Assembly: GCA_963758525.1 (NCBI GenBank)
Contig: CAVWVQ010000001.1
Coordinates: forward strand, 96,001 to 160,000
DNA length: 64,000 nt
Source of the DNA: an uncultured Phycisphaerales bacterium
Lineage (GTDB): Bacteria > Planctomycetota > Phycisphaerae > Tepidisphaerales > Tepidisphaeraceae
Reading direction: 5' to 3'
The translations under genes and the position numbers were made by a program. The notes under the pieces are model-generated. The model was not told the origin of the DNA, made no database searches, and was given only the letters and a program-made list of their open reading frames with translations. Shown here piece after piece: positions 61,942-64,000 of the stretch (the first letter of the stretch is position 1; every line of letters starts with the position of its first letter).

Positions 61942-63180
61942 TCATCGCCTCCTCCGTCGGGGCGTGCGTGCGTTGTTCGCTGGTTTGCCGCCGGCGCTTT
62001 CGGTCGCAAATTCGGCTTCGATTTGTTCGATGCTCGGCAGCGATCCCGCCAGTTGTTCCGGAAGCGATTCGATCAGCCTGGTCACGTACCGGGCCACGCC
62101 GACCGGCTTGGCGAGGTCGCGCAGGGCGTATTCGGCGATCGTCTTTTTCCGGGTTTTGCAGAGGATCAGCCCAATGGACGGCTTGTCGTCGGCGTGGCGC
62201 ATCTGGTCGTCGACCGCCGACAGGTAGAAATTCATCTTCCCGGCAAATTCAGGTTTGAACCCCTCGACTTTCAGATCGACCACGACGTAGCAGCGGAGGC
62301 GCAGGTGATAGAAGAGCAGATCGATGAAGAATTCTTCGCCGTCGACTTCGAGGCGCACCTGCTGGCCGACGAAGGAGAAGCCGGCGCCCAGTTCCAGCAG
62401 GAATTTGCGGATGTGGGCCAGCAACCCCTGTTCCAGTTCCCGCTCGGCGGCGTCGGTGGCCAGCGTGAAGAAGTCGAATTTGTAGGGATCCTTGATTAGT
62501 TGTTGGGCCAGATCGGACTGCGGCGCGGGCAGGGTTCTCTTGAAGTTATTGATCGACTTGCCCTGGCGCGTATACAAGCCGGAGTCGATCCAGTGCTCGA
62601 GCATTGATCGCGACCAGCCGTTCTCGATCGTCTGGCGGGCGTACCAGAGGCGTTGGACGGGATCAGTTAACTGAAAGATCAGGGCGATATTGTGGCCCCA
62701 CGGAATTTCCATCAGGACAGACGGCGGAAGCGATTCGGCTATTTTCGGCACAGGCTGTGCCGAAATTGGCGGCTGCATGTTCGGCACGGGCTGTGCCGAA
62801 ATTGCCGGCACATCGGCCCACGCCAGATGGAACGCGCGCATGCGCGAGATATTGGACGGAGAAAATCCCTCGATTCCGAGAAACGCCGTCCGAATGTCCT
62901 TGGCCAATCGGTTGATGACGCCCGCTCCCCAACCCTCCAGATGCTGTCTGGCCACGATGTCACGCCCGATGCTCCAGTACAAACCGATCATCTCGCGATT
63001 GACCGACAGTGACGCCTTGATCTGCGCTGTGCGGATCCGCGATTTGATATCTTCCAGAAGCGCTGGATATCCGCGCGGAAGGCCGGCAGCAGAGCTGCGG
63101 GCCAATTGTCCCGCAGGCTGCGGGACAATTGTTTTAGACGGTTGCCGCCGCGCCGTTTTCTTGGAGCTTTTTCGGGCCAT
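61942..63180 (-). CDS. YhcG/DUF1016 family PD-(D/E)XK nuclease-domain protein
   Basis: LYWSIGRDI..WGAGVI, IPWGHN, WSRSML, IKDPYKFDF, LLELGAGFSFVG, IDLLFYH..VVDLK. Confidence 0.92.
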   Translation of the reverse strand: MARKSSKKTARRQPSKTIVPQPAGQLARSSAAGLPRGYPALLEDIKSRIRTAQIKASLSVNREMIGLYWSIGRDIVARQHLEGWGAGVINRLAKDIRTAFLGIEGFSPSNISRMRAFHLAWADVPAISAQPVPNMQPPISAQPVPKIAESLPPSVLMEIPWGHNIALIFQLTDPVQRLWYARQTIENGWSRSMLEHWIDSGLYTRQGKSINNFKRTLPAPQSDLAQQLIKDPYKFDFFTLATDAAERELEQGLLAHIRKFLLELGAGFSFVGQQVRLEVDGEEFFIDLLFYHLRLRCYVVVDLKVEGFKPEFAGKMNFYLSAVDDQMRHADDKPSIGLILCKTRKKTIAEYALRDLAKPVGVARYVTRLIESLPEQLAGSLPSIEQIEAEFATESAGGKPANNARTPRRRRR

Positions 63181-63460
63181 TATCGTCCCCTTTGTGTGGT
63201 TCGCGACCAGGGCAGAGGAAACAGATCGCACGCGAATTGTGAATTCCCAGACGGCGTCTGGGAAATTGCCAGACGCTGTCTGGCAAATCTTTCCTCAAAT
63301 TTGCAGCGGGCTGCTGCAGATCCGCGATTGTCGTTCGCGCCGAGCATTTTTGCCACCGGCGGTGGAAAAATTGGAATCAGTGGCAATTCAGCAGACGCCG
63401 TCTGCTGAATGTGTGCGCATGACAACTGCCCGGTTCGCGCTGGAAATTGCCGAGCCGACA

Positions 63461-63502
63461 GCGCAATTGGACGCGCTCCCCTTCGGGTCGCGGCTAACCG
63501 GT
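63461..63502. repeat. REP copy forming a 42-bp direct repeat with 61858-61899
   Basis: gcgcaa(t/c)tggacgcgctccccttcgggtcgcggctaaccggt, 1 mismatch. Confidence 0.8.
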
Positions 63503-63544
63503 AGTGACGGACGCTGTCGCGCCGGCGGTTGGGATGTGTCTGGA

Positions 63545-64000
63545 TCATGCTTTCGGCCCCTCCGCGAGCAGCGCCTTGATCTCGCCCATGATCTCCAGAA
63601 TCCGCTTCTCCTTCTCGACGATGCTCTCCACCAGCTTCTCCGGCGGGAGGTGTTCGAGGTCCTCCTTCGCAGTGGGATTTTTAATATCGAGGTTGCAGCC
63701 GTTCTCGATGATCTGCTTGGCCGGGATCCTCCAGGCGCGGTCTGTCTCCTTGCGCTTGGTCCACCAGGCGATGCAGTCGGCGAATTCCTCCAACTGAATT
63801 GGCGCGGTCTTGGTGTAGTTCTTCTTTCCCTCCGGCAACGGCTGCTCGTAGTACCAGACATGTTTTGTCGGGCCGCTGCGGTCGAAGAAGAGGAGATTCG
63901 TCGGGATGCTGGTGTAGGGCGCGAAGACGCCGTTGGGCAGGCGGACGATCGTGTGGAGATTGAATTCCTTGAGAAGCTCCTCTTTGATGCGGGCGCAGAC
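63545..64000 (-). CDS. hsdM: Type I restriction-modification methyltransferase subunit M, C-terminal part (runs off the window)
   Basis: IKEELLKEFNLHTIVRLPNGVFAPYTSIPTNLLFF..VWYYEQPLP..NYTKT..NLDIKNP. Confidence 0.9.
   Translation of the reverse strand, partial: VCARIKEELLKEFNLHTIVRLPNGVFAPYTSIPTNLLFFDRSGPTKHVWYYEQPLPEGKKNYTKTAPIQLEEFADCIAWWTKRKETDRAWRIPAKQIIENGCNLDIKNPTAKEDLEHLPPEKLVESIVEKEKRILEIMGEIKALLAEGPKA

Overview
GC-rich bacterial chromosomal segment. A Planctomycetota origin (probably Phycisphaerae/Tepidisphaerales-like) is inferred from TTQP/ATQP motifs in secreted proteins, a planctomycete-type integrase N-terminus and the repeat types. About 14 genes carry single-base frameshifts, mostly at short G/C runs, which points to long-read consensus error rather than decay. 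Housekeeping content: start of the atp operon (atpZ/atpI/atpB), TPP riboswitch + thiC, msrB, cmk, plsC-like, cyclophilin, birA, pyc, mutT-like, pyrK, gap, pdhABC, ilvD, ECF sigma/anti-sigma, ndk. Accessory content: (1) the best novelty candidate, a tightly packed 7-gene operon (4876-9787). It encodes a Ser/Thr kinase with a double zinc ribbon, two membrane zinc-ribbon proteins, another membrane protein, a 46-aa membrane microprotein missing from the ORF track, and two helical proteins that look like eukaryote/archaea-type ESCRT-III (Snf7-like) subunits. One of these is fused behind a nuclease-like and a winged-helix domain and has its own internal Shine-Dalgarno start. (2) An STM4015-STM4011-type radical SAM/ATP-grasp cluster facing a DUF6745-LRR gene pair. 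(3) A ~13 kb island integrated at tRNA-Val(CAC), bounded by a 42-bp att duplication and a decayed integrase, carrying LarA/SDR/GalM/GH1/FAD-oxidase genes and a two-component system. (4) The end of a type I RM hsdM followed by a YhcG/DUF1016 gene. Family assignments come from motif recognition only; no database searches were run.
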